DNA of 64,000 bases, taken from Octopus bimaculoides. Lineage: Eukaryota. Where the stretch lies: positions 95,691,518 through 95,755,517 of the forward strand of contig NC_068989.1 in the NCBI RefSeq assembly GCF_001194135.2, in the 5' to 3' direction. Numbering within the stretch: position 1 is the first letter of the stretch; each line of letters begins with the position of its first letter. Below, piece by piece: positions 1 to 13,130 of this stretch. The notes beneath the pieces are model-generated. The model had not been told where the DNA came from. It saw only the letters and a list, made by a program, of their open reading frames with translations, and searched no databases. The position numbers were made by a program, and so were the translations under genes.

Positions 1-449
1 ATTATACTTTTTCCCATCAGGACAAATTAAGATAAAATAAATCTCTTGTAATCTACCACTGTATATCAAAATTATAATTAACAGAGTAACATTTAAAACT
101 GATTTAAAGAGGACTGTGACTGCTCCTTAGAAATTAAATAATTTCTTAAATAATATTTAAAGACTTACAACTATCTTTGACAGTTTTCTAATTAGTGCTT
201 AGAGTTCTCTAATTAAGAAACTAAACAAAGAATAAATAAATGAACTGCCTTTCAACAAATATTGATAAAGTGCCTTGTCAAAAATGTTGAAAATCACAGA
301 AATTTAATTGCCTTATGTCACTATCAATTGCATTTGTATGAAACAATATTAAACAAAGAAATATCCTTAAAATTGACAGTCTTGTGTTAATTTTAAAAAT
401 CTGGTTCAGTTGTGCATAAGTGATACTCTAAAATATTTCTATTATTATC

Positions 450-613
450 CTCTGAGTGGTTGGCGTTAGGAAGGGCATCCAGCTGTAGAAACTCTGCCAA
501 ATTAGATTGGAGCCTGGTGTTGCCATCCGGTTTCACCAGTCCTCAGTCAAATCGTCCAACCCATGCTAGCATGGAAAGCGGATGTTAAACGATGATGATG
601 ATGATGATGATGA
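450..613 (+). mobile_element. RTE-clade LINE 3' end (young, 5'-truncated) with (ATG)n tail
   Basis: GAGTGGTTGGCGTTAGGAAGGGCATCCAGCTGTAGAAACTCTGCC...CATGGAAAGCGGATGTTAAAC(GAT)n. The same tail terminates RT-coding copies at 21535, 23585 and 31596. Confidence 0.9.
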
Positions 614-987
614 TTATCCCTGAAAACAATGTAAAAATTGCCAAAGAACAAAAAAAAAATGCTAAATCTGCTAAACTATTTTATTCCTCCTCTATCATGA
701 ATATAACCTCTAATTTTAATCCCACACAATACTTGCTATCCAGTATGCAAGGTTCACTGGTTTCTCTTAGGCAAATACTATACCTAAAACCCATAATGCT
801 TTCTGAGGGATACACAAATAGAAAAAGGAGAAAGAAAAAAGAGTTTCTGCTTATTTAGCTTACTCCCAACCCCTCATATGGTTTCTCAACTTTGTAATTC
901 AGAGTTTTTGCTTTGCAAATTTCACCAAATAAGGTATGTAAGAAGAGAAAATAGAAGTTGTAACAGCATAGATAGAATAACATGTAT

Positions 988-1204
988 TTAACTCATTAGA
1001 ATTGAAATCTGCTTTATCCTGTCCCAAAACTCCACAGGCTGTATGGTCAAACAGGCCAGATCCAGGCATCATACCTCACTTACAATGTCATTCTCAAAAC
1101 AAACAATTACAACTTCAAATTTTCAAAGCCACAAGTTAATGTATGATTAACTGAAAAGAATGTGAATAGCTAAGCATTACATTTGACAGAGTAATCTGAA
1201 TGCA
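988..1204 (-). mobile_element. Decayed TTAA-ended MITE-like element
   Basis: Reverse complement aligns by eye with the copy at 14763-14996 (CAGATTACTCTGTCAAATGTAATGCTTA ... end TTAA). Confidence 0.6.
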
Positions 1205-1659
1205 TCCAGAGACATGAAATTCTATTCATCGGAAAGACACCTTACTGTTCATCCAGCTGAAACAGGCTAATTTCTTCTCCATGCTTGAACATTTTGTAGG
1301 AGGATGATAAAAGCATCAGAATCACTTCTAATAAAATGCAGCTTCAGAAACCATTTCATTTGTACAAGCACGGAAAACAAAGAGCAAAATAGTAACAATC
1401 TGTTCATCAGAAACTGTGTCATCTGAATGTTACTGAAGATGGAAAGACCTTTTTCTTTTTCTTTTCCCTTAATGGCTTAGTTCGAGCAGGAAAGGTAGTG
1501 CTTATCATTGAAACTGATAGAAAGGAAGATGTAAGTGATCCTCAGATCAGAGACCAGGTCTAATTGCTTGCGACAGAATGCATTCTGTTAAAGATACCAG
1601 CAACGAGGTGGTGTGTTGTTTAAATGGGAAGATAGCACAAAAAATCAGGAATAGTCTCC

Positions 1660-1795
1660 TCAACAGGCTTCCACCCAGTTTCCATTTACCAAATTTCACT
1701 CACAAAGCTTGAAAGAAAATAGTTACCCAAGATGCTTCACAAAGGGATTGAACTTGAAACCACAGGGTTGCAAAGTATACTTCTTAACCATATAC
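1660..1795 (-). mobile_element. Decayed tRNA-derived SINE head
   Basis: CAGTTTCCATTTACCAAATTTCACTCACAAAGC...GGATTGAACTTGAAACCAC resembles the reverse of the 41228 and 57260 SINE heads. Confidence 0.6.
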
Positions 1796-2959
1796 TTGTG
1801 CACATACTCTCATGTAGTTGTGAAGTATTCCCAATAAGTGTTTGGTAATATGGCTGTAAATCATCTCAGAAAACACAGAATTGTAATTTATCAAAGTGCA
1901 CAAATCTAATTACATTTAAAAACACATTAAACTGTCTCTGTCTGTCTCTCTCTCTCTGTCTCTCTCTGTCATTTTCTGTCTGTCTCTCTGTCTCTCTCTC
2001 TGTGAGTGCATGTGTAAAATAACTACCAAAAAGAAAGAAATTAAAAAAGAGAATTAGCGAATTGAATTGTCTAACAATATAAGTTAATGATGATGATGAT
2101 GCTCCAAACCCATGCAATATTGTTTACTTCAATGGTAGACAGACAAGATGTTTTATAGAAAGATGGTAAAGAGAAAAACAAAGGATTGGTATCATGAGAT
2201 GCTGTTGACATAGTTGTCTATGAACAGATCTATGAAAATGATATTACAGTGCAAGAGCAAATACAATATATGTCAAAGTCAGGAGAAGTCCAAAGGATAA
2301 ACTTTCACCACTCAAATTGAAATTGCATCATTTCATCCAGACTAGAAGCAATAAGATCTGTCTTTGTTCACTTGTCACCAGTCTTGATTGCATAGTTTTA
2401 TTGAAGATGATAAGTAAATAAGAGCTTACAAGCAAAGAGGATCAATAAAAAGGAATCATTTGTATTGATGATCAAATAAAATGCATTGTCATAGTCAGAA
2501 GTTGAATTATAAACAATGACAAGTTTTTGAGAACTTGGAGTACATTAGTGATGCTATCTCAATGAATAGCTTTCAGTGTCAATAGTAAAAGTGAGGGTCA
2601 TTTTTTCTTTTATCTTAGAGTTTTTTTTGTTTTTTTTTTACAATAAACACCATTGTCTTATAGGCATTAAGTACAGGATATAACTTCTCAAAATCTATGA
2701 ATAAATAAGAATGCAACAGAATATTTAAATGTTTTCAATAAGTATTAATATTCTTCAAAAGTTATTCTTTCAATTACAGCTGATTACAATAAAGAAGTTT
2801 ATGTAAGCATGACTTTTTAAAAAATATATTTTATCTATTTCTCATTCATTTAGAAAACGTAATAATAGATTCACTTTGCGAACATTAAAACTGACCTTTA
2901 AAATTATTATAATTGTTTAGCTTCGGGCCACCTCTAATTCAGCAGAACTATAACCAAAG

Positions 2960-3222
2960 GCTCGAAAGAAACTCAGCCACCTCACCTCTGTGAGGCCCGC
3001 TTGAAGGGAACTCAGCCACTTTGCCTCTGTCAGGCCCAACACTCACAAGGTACTCAACCACTTTGCCTCCGTCAGGCCCAAAATTCAAAGGTTGATTATT
3101 CTATGTGCCACCAGCACTTGACAAGTCCTCTTCAGCAGAGAACATTGGCAAGGGTCTCGGTCACTACTCATTGACTCTGTGAGGTTCAAAGTTCGAAAAT
3201 CATGCTTCACCATCTCACCCCA
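2960..3222 (-). mobile_element. RTE LINE ORF terminus plus repeated 3' UTR
   Basis: Minus strand reads ~EMVKHDFRTLNLTESMSSDRD, the RTE C-terminus, followed by three ~40-bp GGCCTxACxGAGGCAAAGTGGCTGAGT units. Confidence 0.75.
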
Positions 3223-3223
3223 T

Positions 3224-3384
3224 GTCTGGGCTTCTTTCAGTTTCCGTCTCTCAAATCCACTCACAAGGCTTTGGTCAGCCTGAGACTATAGTAGGAGACA
3301 TTAACCCAAGGTGCCATGCAGTGGGACTGAACCTGGAACCATGCAGTTGGGAAGAAAGCTTCTTACCACACAGCCACGCCTGTG

Positions 3385-3386
<2 letters not shown>
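3224..3386 (-). mobile_element. tRNA-derived SINE head
   Basis: Reverse complement is GGCACAGGCGTGGCTGTGTGGTAAG (A-box-like)...GGTTCAGTCCC (B-box-like)...GGAAACTGAAAGAAGCCC, abutting (TA)n. Confidence 0.85.
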
Positions 3387-3423
<37 letters not shown>

Positions 3424-3436
3424 NNNNNNNNNNACA

Positions 3437-3494
<58 letters not shown>

Positions 3495-3760
3495 CATACA
3501 AACCTTTCATCAAGTAAAAGATTAAAATTTATATCACAAGTATTCTTCAAATATCACAGCATCTGAAACTATTGCATTAGAGCTGTTTGTGATAATGTTT
3601 TTAAATGAATATTAAGTATCGAATATAAAATTATCCTTCGTGTTCTTGTATATTTGAATTGTTGCTCATGGCTAAACTTCCAGATAAGGAAACTATTCTT
3701 TCACTTAAGACTTTTGAGAATTTGCTGCATTCAATCTCTTCTCCTTAATTTCACATTTTA

Positions 3761-3862
3761 ACCATTAGTGATGGACATAAAGAATAGACTAAATGAAGGA
3801 AAGTCATAGATACCATTAGTGATGGACAGAAAGAATAGACTAAATGAAGGAAAACCATAGAT
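3761..3862. repeat. 51-bp tandem duplication (2 copies)
   Basis: ACCATTAGTGATGGACA(T/G)AAAGAATAGACTAAATGAAGGAAA(GT/AC)CATAGAT twice, 3 mismatches. Confidence 0.9.
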
Positions 3863-5340
3863 AAGTCCAAATTTTATAATTATAATGCAGACAAAATTCT
3901 TTACACATTTAAAATCTTTCCATTTCAATGAAGTAATAAAAAAGCAAATAATTTATCTACTGCTTGCTGTTTGCTCCTGAATATAAGAATGCTCACATAA
4001 TAGATATATTAAAGATTAACTGGAGGCACTTGTACAGAATTTGGACACAGTAGGCTAATAACATCAATGTGTAAATGTATTTTATCTGTAGAATAACATT
4101 TTTTCTCAGAATGTGGAGTGTGACTCTGAATGGTAGGAAGTCTGGATAAGCAACTGTATACCATGTTTAGATAAGTAAACAAAGAGAAACATATATCTCT
4201 TATGTATTTAGATTGCATGGTTGATGTTACTTTAATAGTTGTTTAAAAAAAAACCTTCTGTGTATGCCATCTGGATGTATAAAAAGCATAAAATACACAT
4301 CACTTTTAAAGGAAAATAAATTGGGAATAAAATGTCATAAAATAATATATTACATATTCCCCATACATTTTAATACTCATAACAAAAATCGTTTTTAACT
4401 TTTCTAGCAAAATATTTAAATCTATTTCAATTCCATAAAAGAAATTTAGACTCATAGAGACTTCAATGAACTTATAATATGCAACAAAGGAAACTACAAA
4501 TCTTGAGAGAAATTTCAAGCAATTTAAATTAATATACTTTTTCTTTCAATGTTTCAACCACTTAATGTCAAGAGTTTCATCATAGAGTCACTAGCTTTTA
4601 CTATCAAAGATTATTGCAAGTGAAAATTATAATATATGAAATGGATTGGAAATTTCCTTAAGATATTTCTTTTATTTCTTTAAGATTTTTGACTATTCAG
4701 TTGAATTAGTATTGATCAATAAAAAGCAAGCAGAAAGATGATCAATTAAAGGATTTATGGAGGCAACATATTTCATTGAATGTAATAAGTTGAAGACACA
4801 TGAAATAAAGTTTTTAGTATACTAATTTTTAAAGAGCTGCTTTCAAATGAAAATCTGAAAATATTAATAAAGGGATATTAAGTAAAGAAATTAAGTAATG
4901 AGGAAAAACACCAGGACATTCTAATAACCAGCATATCTGAATAAAAGAAATTCGTTCTAAGGCAGCATTTAATCAATTTAGTTTACACAAATTTGTTTGT
5001 ATAAAAGATAGTTTTTCAGCTGATATAAATAAAATCATACAGATGTAAATGTTGAATGTGACTTAATGGATAAATCTAAAATTTATGAAATGTAATGAAC
5101 AACTTTCATAAAGTTATGAAAGATATAAATGCTTTCTCACCAAGACCACATACCTTTCTATGGTGTCATTGAATATATAAAACTCGTTTGCAAATGTACA
5201 AGCAGAATAAAATCTATAAGAATATTTTATTTAAGTATATAATTCTTCATATACTTTCATTTTCGTATTTTACTTGTAGATTTGTCAAATAAATTTTCAC
5301 ATTCTCAAGAAGTAATACCTAATGAAGAATATCTATATAT

Positions 5341-5404
<64 letters not shown>

Positions 5405-5425
5405 TTATCTACCTATCTATCTATC
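5341..5425. repeat. (ATCT)n microsatellite
   Basis: Direct inspection. Confidence 0.95.
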
Positions 5426-5743
5426 TGTGTGTGTAATCATGTTGTGTATACATATATCCTAATGTATATCTAAACAGCATTTTATATTTACGGTTTATAC
5501 CCCATTCCATCCCCAAAACTTCAAATTATTATGTAACAATAATTTGCATTTTATGGAAGTTATTAATTTATATTTACACAAGATAGGAGACATCTATCTA
5601 TCTATTCATGTGTGTATATATGCATACACACACACACACACATGCAAAAACATTCCTACAAGTAGATCTTAAAATCACTTTAGTAGCCACTTCAAGAGGC
5701 TTGTGATAAGTTTATAGATTTAACAGGTGCAAAGCAGTTAATT

Positions 5744-5796
<53 letters not shown>

Positions 5797-6128
5797 TCCA
5801 ATAATAAAATATTGCTAGATAGTTTCAAAGATTATATGCATACATATACATGCAGAATATGTTGTGTAAGGCATTATTTAGCACTGAATTAATTTTGAAT
5901 GCTTCTTTACTAATGAAACATCTGGCATGTGTGTGTATGTGTGTATGTGTGTCTGTGTGCACATAATAACACACACAGATACACAGATACACACATACAT
6001 ATATACGTGCTTTACACACACACATTGTAAATAGAATTATAAGCTTTCATTATATATTGACTAAAGAGAATACTCTAATATTAGGGCATATTAGCTCCTG
6101 TAATGGAAGAAAACGGACATTAGTATGT

Positions 6129-6201
<73 letters not shown>

Positions 6202-6904
6202 ATATATATATATACATACACACACACACATATATATATATCAATTAATGAATATTAGTGTTTATGCAGATTTATTACTTCCCTAAGTAAGTTGTTTTCA
6301 CTGCAGCTTGCACAGTCTATGCCTCTTTCATTTCTTCTTCACCATTTTAGCATGCTTTTTAGACCAACTATTTTATCATCTCATCATGCTGTCAGCACTA
6401 GAGGTGCTTTCTATCATAACTAAAGTATTGATTCTACCTTGTATCTGATCTCCTATGGAATTATTCATTTCCTAGATGGGTTACCTTCACTGTAGTGTGG
6501 AGGAGTCTACAGCTTCCTCGTATGATTAGGGCAACACTTAATCTATATGCTGTTGGATCTGTTCCAAATACCCAACTCACTAGGAATGTCATAAATGTAT
6601 AGCTGAGAAGCTACATGTTTCTATGACAGAGTAGGGGTTGTTTAACCTACAGTGGAGAAGGAGTCCTTAGTTACATCTACAGATGGGAAACCATAACTCA
6701 CTGATGTGTGGTGAGAATCTTTAATTACCACTTAAATGACATTGGTTGACCCAGGGCTACAGCAAAGACACTTGCTTGAACTGCCACACAGTGAAACACA
6801 GCCCCAAACCATGCTGTTATGAAGCAAACTCTATATCCGCACCAGAGCATTAACAGTGATTGCTTGCAGTTTGTGATTGATTGCACAACAATTCAATTTC
6901 CAAC

Positions 6905-7090
6905 CATTTTAAAAAGCACCCAGTACACTCTGCCAAGTGGCTGGTGTTAGGAAGAACAACCAGCCATAGAAAGCATGCCAAAGTAGGAAGCAAAACTTGG
7001 TGTAATATTCTGACTTGCTGTTCCTGTCAAACCATTCAACCCATATCAGCATGGAAACTGGATGTTCAATGACGATGATGATGATCATCA
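6905..7090 (+). mobile_element. Decayed RTE LINE 3' end
   Basis: AAAGCACCCAGTACACTCTGCCAAGTGGCTGGTGTTAGGAAG...CAGCATGGAAACTGGATGTT..(GAT)n. Confidence 0.75.
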
Positions 7091-7495
7091 TCAAATTTCA
7101 AGGAGATTTGTTTACAACAACTAGATTTAATAAACATAGCACCAACAGGTGTAGATTTGAACTTATGAACTTGACCATTTTAGCTCATTCAAAACATAAA
7201 TATGTAAACTCTAAACTGACAAAGGTTCAAATCAACTTAGAAACTGCTACTTATGAAATAGGCTAATATTCGAATAGAGCATAGTGGTCATTGTGAAATG
7301 ACAGCATACAGCCAGGCATCTGTCATAAAGTCCATTTATAATTGATAGAAATTTTCACAAGAGCAGCACTTCAAATCCCTTTCCACAGACTGATTAATTT
7401 AGATTTGAATCTACAGACTGATGAAATTAAAGTAAATATTATAGCTGTAATCTAAAAACAGTTGATCAATTCTTTTTTTTTTTTTTAAATATTCA

Positions 7496-7612
7496 AGAGA
7501 CCGATAGAATAAGTCCTGGAGTTGATTCATTTGACTAAAAATTCAAGGCAATGCCCCAGCACGGGAGCAGCCTAATAATGAAACAAGTAAAAGATAAAAA
7601 GATTAAAGATAT
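7496..7612 (+). mobile_element. SINE 3' tail fragment
   Basis: GACCGATAGAATAAG...CCCCAGCA...GAAACAAGTAAAAGATAAAAAG matches the tail of the full SINE at 57260-57651. Confidence 0.7.
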
Positions 7613-8037
7613 ATATTGTTTCAGCTATTTTGCTATGGTGTTCTTTCCTTTAACAAAAGATGAACCCACAAAAAAATTAATCTAAATTTTTTATATGAAA
7701 TCTAATAACACATATTAACTGTTTGCATATTTTTCTCTCTATATTTAAAACTATTGATACATACAACCACCCACACAACACACTTCCATCTGGTCATCTG
7801 AGGCAAGTTTTTTTGTTTTTCTTGTGGAAGGCTAATAGTTACCAAAGCATGCGAGTCACTGCTCATTACACGACCAGTGATGTGCAAGATAAAGGCAGAA
7901 CAGATAGTTTCACATCAGTGTCATTGCAGGTGTTTTCTGTCAGGATACAAAGAGTTGAAACACCAACCATAAGGCTTTCTTACACTCTCCTTCACCAATT
8001 CACACACACATTTCTTACTTACTAATCCAGGATGTCA

Positions 8038-8090
<53 letters not shown>

Positions 8091-10849
8091 TACATACATA
8101 CATACATACATACATTAAAAAAAATGATAATGATAGAAATTTATTTCCATGATAATTATTTTCACGAAAATTAAATTTGTTTTGATGATACCTATTTTCA
8201 TAAAAAATAAAAAATTTTAAAAAATTAGAAATGAGCTTTATTCAGACAAATGATAATTTGTACGAAGTCAAATTATAATTTATCTATAATTTACATTGCC
8301 AAATTGCATTATGTATAGTTTAAAAACCTTATATGTATTATGTTCGATAATCCTTTACCAATATACGCTGCAAACAATATATATACTACTGACTGAAAAA
8401 AAAAAAAAAAACAATTGTTGGTACCATATCACCACGATGAATTCTAAAACATCAAAGTACCATGGAGAAGTAAAGATTAATAACGTAATCTGTGGAAAGA
8501 TTACATATTAGTAAACATTTCTTTTAGCTAGATGTGTCAGGTTCAACCCTACTATGCATTCCCACCTGGCTGACGGGCAGTGGATACACTTCATGAAGTG
8601 AATGATCCAATAATAGTCAATCTCACCCATTTTTTATTATAGTCACAATATCCAGCTACTATCAGTACTGTAAAATGTACTTTAAGATCATGCAAACTGA
8701 CATGTTTGGAGATAGTTCACTTAGCTTAACAAGTTGACAGTGCATGCAGATATAGCAGTAAAGAGAACTCCTCCCAAATGAAATTAAATAAAGAAAAACA
8801 TCAAGCCATAGTATTTACAAGTGTCTTCTTCTTATTTGTTTTCTTTAATGGCTTAGGGAGAAGGAAAGGGCAGTTCAATAGCATAGCTAGTCCTTAACTT
8901 TTCCCATAGATATTCCCTGAATTATCCCCCACACCTCCTCACCTCAGCATAAAACGAATGTAAATCATAATACATCAATAAAATGCTGCCCTCCTAAATA
9001 TCCCCCAGTAATATTCTCTTTAACAATGCAAATGAGGCAGAACCAATGACCTTTGCAGGTCATCCAAGATTTATTCAGTTACATAGCTTGGACATTTGTA
9101 AGTTGTTGTGAGTGAGGAGGAAGGTTTGTGCAAGCCTAGAAGTGAGACACAATAGAAATGAAAATAGGAGGGAAAATGGATACGTTTGTGAGAGTCTGAA
9201 TGATGGAGGTGGTATGCAACAGACCAATTCTGAAAAGCAGAGGTCATTATACAGGCAATAGATTACGCAAAGTGAGGAGACAGTGCATCTGTGAGTCAGA
9301 AGTTGGAGCATGCTGGTGTGTGAGTCTTCTTTTCAATACAGTCAAGGTTGTTCATGTGTGTTGCAGAAGCCACCAGGGGTAGGAGAGTAATATGACAGAA
9401 TTCACCAGAATAAAATATAACAGAAAGTTATTCGATAAATGTATTCAGTGTTTGAAGTGAAATTAACACAAAATGAAAATACAAAACAGAAGTAAATATT
9501 TCAAAATATTTTGCTTATATTTCTTTTAATGTCTTTCTACCCCCAACATCAGCATCAGCATCACCACTATACGTATGTGTGTGTGTGTGTGTGTGCGAAG
9601 ATAGTTTTTTTAAACAGCTTTTTATAAAAGGGAAACATTCAATAATATTTGATCAAGTGTACAACTAATGTCAACGATATGTGAGAAAGTATGTAAAGCC
9701 TAAAAAGTACAGATAATTTCTGAAAATTAATACATAGAAAAAAAAAAAGAAAATTATCTTATGGACATATTTGTAGCAGTAATGCAAGGTGAATGGCTTC
9801 ATATGTGATTTATTATTTTCAATAGAATTGATAACAAAAATTATTCTTTTTTCACATTTTTGAAATTGGTCTTTTTCTAGTTTTCTCTGAGTTTAGTAAA
9901 CTTTCAATGCAAATTGAAGTTTATTTTAAAGTGAATCATAAATGCCCTTTGCAAAGATAACTTAAACTACATTAGCAACTTATTGTAATACTTATCGTAC
10001 ATGAATGGATTCATGAATGATACAATGGTAATTCAGAATGAAGACAGGAAGCAGCCATAAATCATTCATTTAATGAAAAGATACTCCTGTAAGTATTTTA
10101 TCAAATATATGAAAGTTTGAGGTTCAAATGTATATATCAGTTACATGGAATCCTTGTAAAAGTTGATATCTTTGTTCCAAATAACATTATGTATTGAAAG
10201 TAATCCTACTTAGCAAAAAGCACACACTCGTAAAATTATAAATGATATGAGCTAAAACTATATTTTGAGCAATGCATATAAAAATTAACAATAAAACTTA
10301 AATTAATTTTTAAAATTGAATAATTACATACTTTTGAAAAGAATTGATTTTTGTGAATACTGAGCCTAAAATTATCCTTTTCAGACAAAATAATTACCTA
10401 TAGTTCAATTTTTCAGATTATTAATGCCAATTGAACAGATGCTTGATCTCTTAAAATCATGATATTGATTCAGAAAATATACAGAGAAAAAAAACAGTTA
10501 ATCGCAGATACTGTGTATATGTATATATATATATATATATNNNNNNNNNNNNNNNNNNNNNNNNNNNNNNNNNNNNNNNNNNNNNNNNNNNNNNNNNNNN
10601 NNNNNNNNNNNNNNNNNNNNNNNNNNNNNNNNNNNNNNNNNNNNNNNNNNNNNNNNNNNNNNNNNNNNNNNNNNNNNNNNNNNNNNNNNNNNNNNNNNNN
10701 NNNNNNNNNNNNNNNNNNNNNNNNNNNNNNNNNNNNNNNNNNNNNNNNNNNNNNNNNNNNNNNNNNNNNNNNNNNNNNNNNNNNNNNNNNNNNNNNNNNN
10801 NNNNNNNNNNNNNNNNNTACAAAGCAGTATATTATATAAGTAAAGTTAG

Positions 10850-11380
10850 ATAAGGCTGGTTTATGGGATTACCCTGGGTTTCACATCCATAAAGCACTTA
10901 GCTTTACAGGGTATTATCAGATCGCAAACCTGTTGGCTTATGGCCTCACTAGAAAATGGAGGAGGAAAGGACCTCACTAGTCAATGTCAACAACAAAGGA
11001 CTGTCTCCATTTGGCTATCGATTGTAAGTAGTCCTATTATTTTGTGGATTCTAATAGGGCAGAAGGAATTTCCTGAAATGCAGGCATGGTCCAAAGACCT
11101 CTGTTCTGGAGTTAAGGATGTTCCCCCAGTCGAGGGAGTCCTTTAGTATCCTCACCTGTTCCACTATGCACAGTTCACAATGCTTGGTCCCGTTTATGTA
11201 CGAGCTTGAATTTTCTAGGATTCCCCATGACATTATGTGTGGAATCCCATAGTCCTTCAGCTGGCATACATGGCTGGCTAATGATATAATGTATCTCCTT
11301 TTGAATATTCCGAAGGAGGATCTGTGGTTGGAGAGGCATTGCTTGAATGTGTTACTGGAGCAACAGACGTATGTTAATAT
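10850..11380 (-). mobile_element. Penelope-like retroelement relic (GIY-YIG endonuclease C-terminal part plus 3' pseudo-LTR region)
   Basis: Open frame 11380-11051 reads YVCCSSNTFKQCLSNHRSSF...SLASHVCQLKD...SWGILENSSSYINGTKHCELCIVEQVRIL...LNSRTEVFGPCLHFRKFLL. This matches the PLE pattern YxG..FK.R..NH..SF...LS.HVW.LK...W.I....C.LC..EK..I...LN.R.E....C.H..KFLL. Confidence 0.85.
10858..10930 (-). ncRNA. Minimal type-I hammerhead ribozyme fold with a mutated core (G8A)
   Basis: GGTTTGCGAT-CTGATAA-T-stem II (CTGTAAAGC/GCTTTATGG)-GAA-ACC CAG GGT-A-ATCCCATAAACC. Stems I, II and III all pair. It lies about 120 nt 3' of the GIY-YIG stop. Confidence 0.65.
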
Positions 11381-11773
11381 TTATTTCTAAAGACACATAA
11401 TTTGAGGAGAAAAATTGTTTAATCTCAGCTACAATTGATACAGATACAATATATATANNNNNNNNNNNNNNNNNNNNNNNNNNNNNNNNNNNNNNNNNNN
11501 NNNNNNNNNNNNNNNNNNNNNNNNNNNNNNNNNNNNNNNNNNNNNNNNNNNNNNNNNNNNNNNNNNNNNNNNNNNNNNNNNNNNNNNNNNNNNNNNNNNN
11601 NNNNNNNNNNNNNNNNNNNNNNNNNNNNNNNNNNNNNNNNNNNNNNNNNNNNNNNNNNNNNNNNNNNNNNNNNNNNNNNNNNNNNNNNNNNNNNNNNNNN
11701 NNNNNNNNNNNNNNNNNNNNNNNNNNNNNNNNNNNNNNNNNNNNNNNNNNNNNNNNNNNNNNNNNNNNNNNNN

Positions 11774-11818
<45 letters not shown>

Positions 11819-12323
11819 TATATACATGTACACACACACACACGCGCATATTTGTACTCAGCTGACATGATTTTTCTTACACATGTTTTTTCTTTCATAC
11901 TTTACATTTGTGTTTCTGTTTAGGCTTTACATTCTCCTCTCCATTTTTAGTTTCATTAAACTCCCTTCATAGTGTGTCAGATAAACTAATGTCTAAGTTA
12001 GAAATTTGTTTAATGTTTTATAAACAGTTTTTAAATTGAAAAATAAATTTTCAATTGTCATTAAAGTCAGTTTCTCTCGAAGTAATAACATATTAAACTC
12101 ATCTTGAAAATGGAAAGGAGATGGCAAAAGAAACTTTAAAAAAGTTTAATGTAAACAAAGCAACTGTTAGAACAGTTAAAAGATACAAAGAAAAATTAGA
12201 GTTAGCATAATCACTGAATCCTTAATAAATTTTAAAATACAAATCATACTAACATAACATGGAAACAATGGAAGAAACTGTTGTTTCATATACTAGATAG
12301 GACAAAATATCATAAAGTACCAA

Positions 12324-12376
12324 TGTCCAACCCATGCTAGCATGGAAAGTGGATGTTAAACGATGACGATGATGAT
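12324..12376 (+). mobile_element. Very short RTE 3' tip
   Basis: GTCCAACCCATGCTAGCATGGAAAGTGGATGTTAAACGATGACGATGATGAT. Confidence 0.8.
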
Positions 12377-12829
12377 ACCTCTCTCTCTCTCTCTCTCTCT
12401 ATAGATATATATATATATATATATCTATATATAAATTTTTTTTTTCACACACATGAAGGAAAATCATATTTATTATCCAAATTTCAATAACAGTTAAAAT
12501 TATCATTTCTAATTAATAATATCTTTAAAAATATATCACCATTGTTTAATAGAATTTTGATTTGTGATGTGACTCATGGGACCGACTCAATGAGGAACAA
12601 TTCAGTGTGTGTGTGTGTGCGCGTGTGTGCATGTACGCATGTGTGTATGCATGTGTACATGTGTTTGTATCTGTCTATTTCCATGTATGTGTGTATATCA
12701 TATACAATGTGTGTTTATATTTATAAATACACATTGCATTTAACACACACACACATATATATAGTTATATTTTTGTTCATTATATAGACAACGCTGTAAA
12801 ATGCTCAGTTAGACAACTTGAGACATGTG

Positions 12830-12873
<44 letters not shown>

Positions 12874-12907
12874 CTGATGTGTATGAGTGCACATGAGAAA
12901 GCCAACT

Positions 12908-13130
12908 TACATCATCGTCTTCATTGAATAACGTATGTTTCCCGTGCTGGCATGGGTTGGACAGTTTGATAGGAGCTGGCAAACTGGAGAGCTGCACCTG
13001 GCTCTAATTCTATGGTTTCTGTGGCTGGATGCCCTTCCCAATGCCAACCCTTTTACAGAGTGTATTGGGTGCTTTTTACATGGCACTGGCATGGGTTCTG
13101 TTTACATGGCACCAGTACAGGTGCTTTTCA
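12908..13130 (-). mobile_element. Decayed RTE LINE 3' end
   Basis: TTTCCCGTGCTGGCATGGGTTGGACAG...GGATGCCCTTCCCAATGCCAACC...GGGTGCTTTTTACATGGCAC. Confidence 0.75.

Noticed and set aside
1481-1536. Plus-strand 50-nt exon candidate (RAGKVVLIIETDRKED, GTAAGT)
   Set aside because: The acceptor-like TTAATGGCTTAG..GAAAGG context recurs near 8845, suggesting a repeat; there are no partner exons.
1573-1588. 16-bp perfect palindrome ACAGAATGCATTCTGT
   Set aside because: A few palindromes of this length are expected by chance in 64 kb of AT-rich DNA.
2130-2600. Possible very old LINE RT remnants (also 9060-9400, 40140-40370, 50050-50480)
   Set aside because: Composition suggests decayed coding DNA, but no diagnostic motif could be read.
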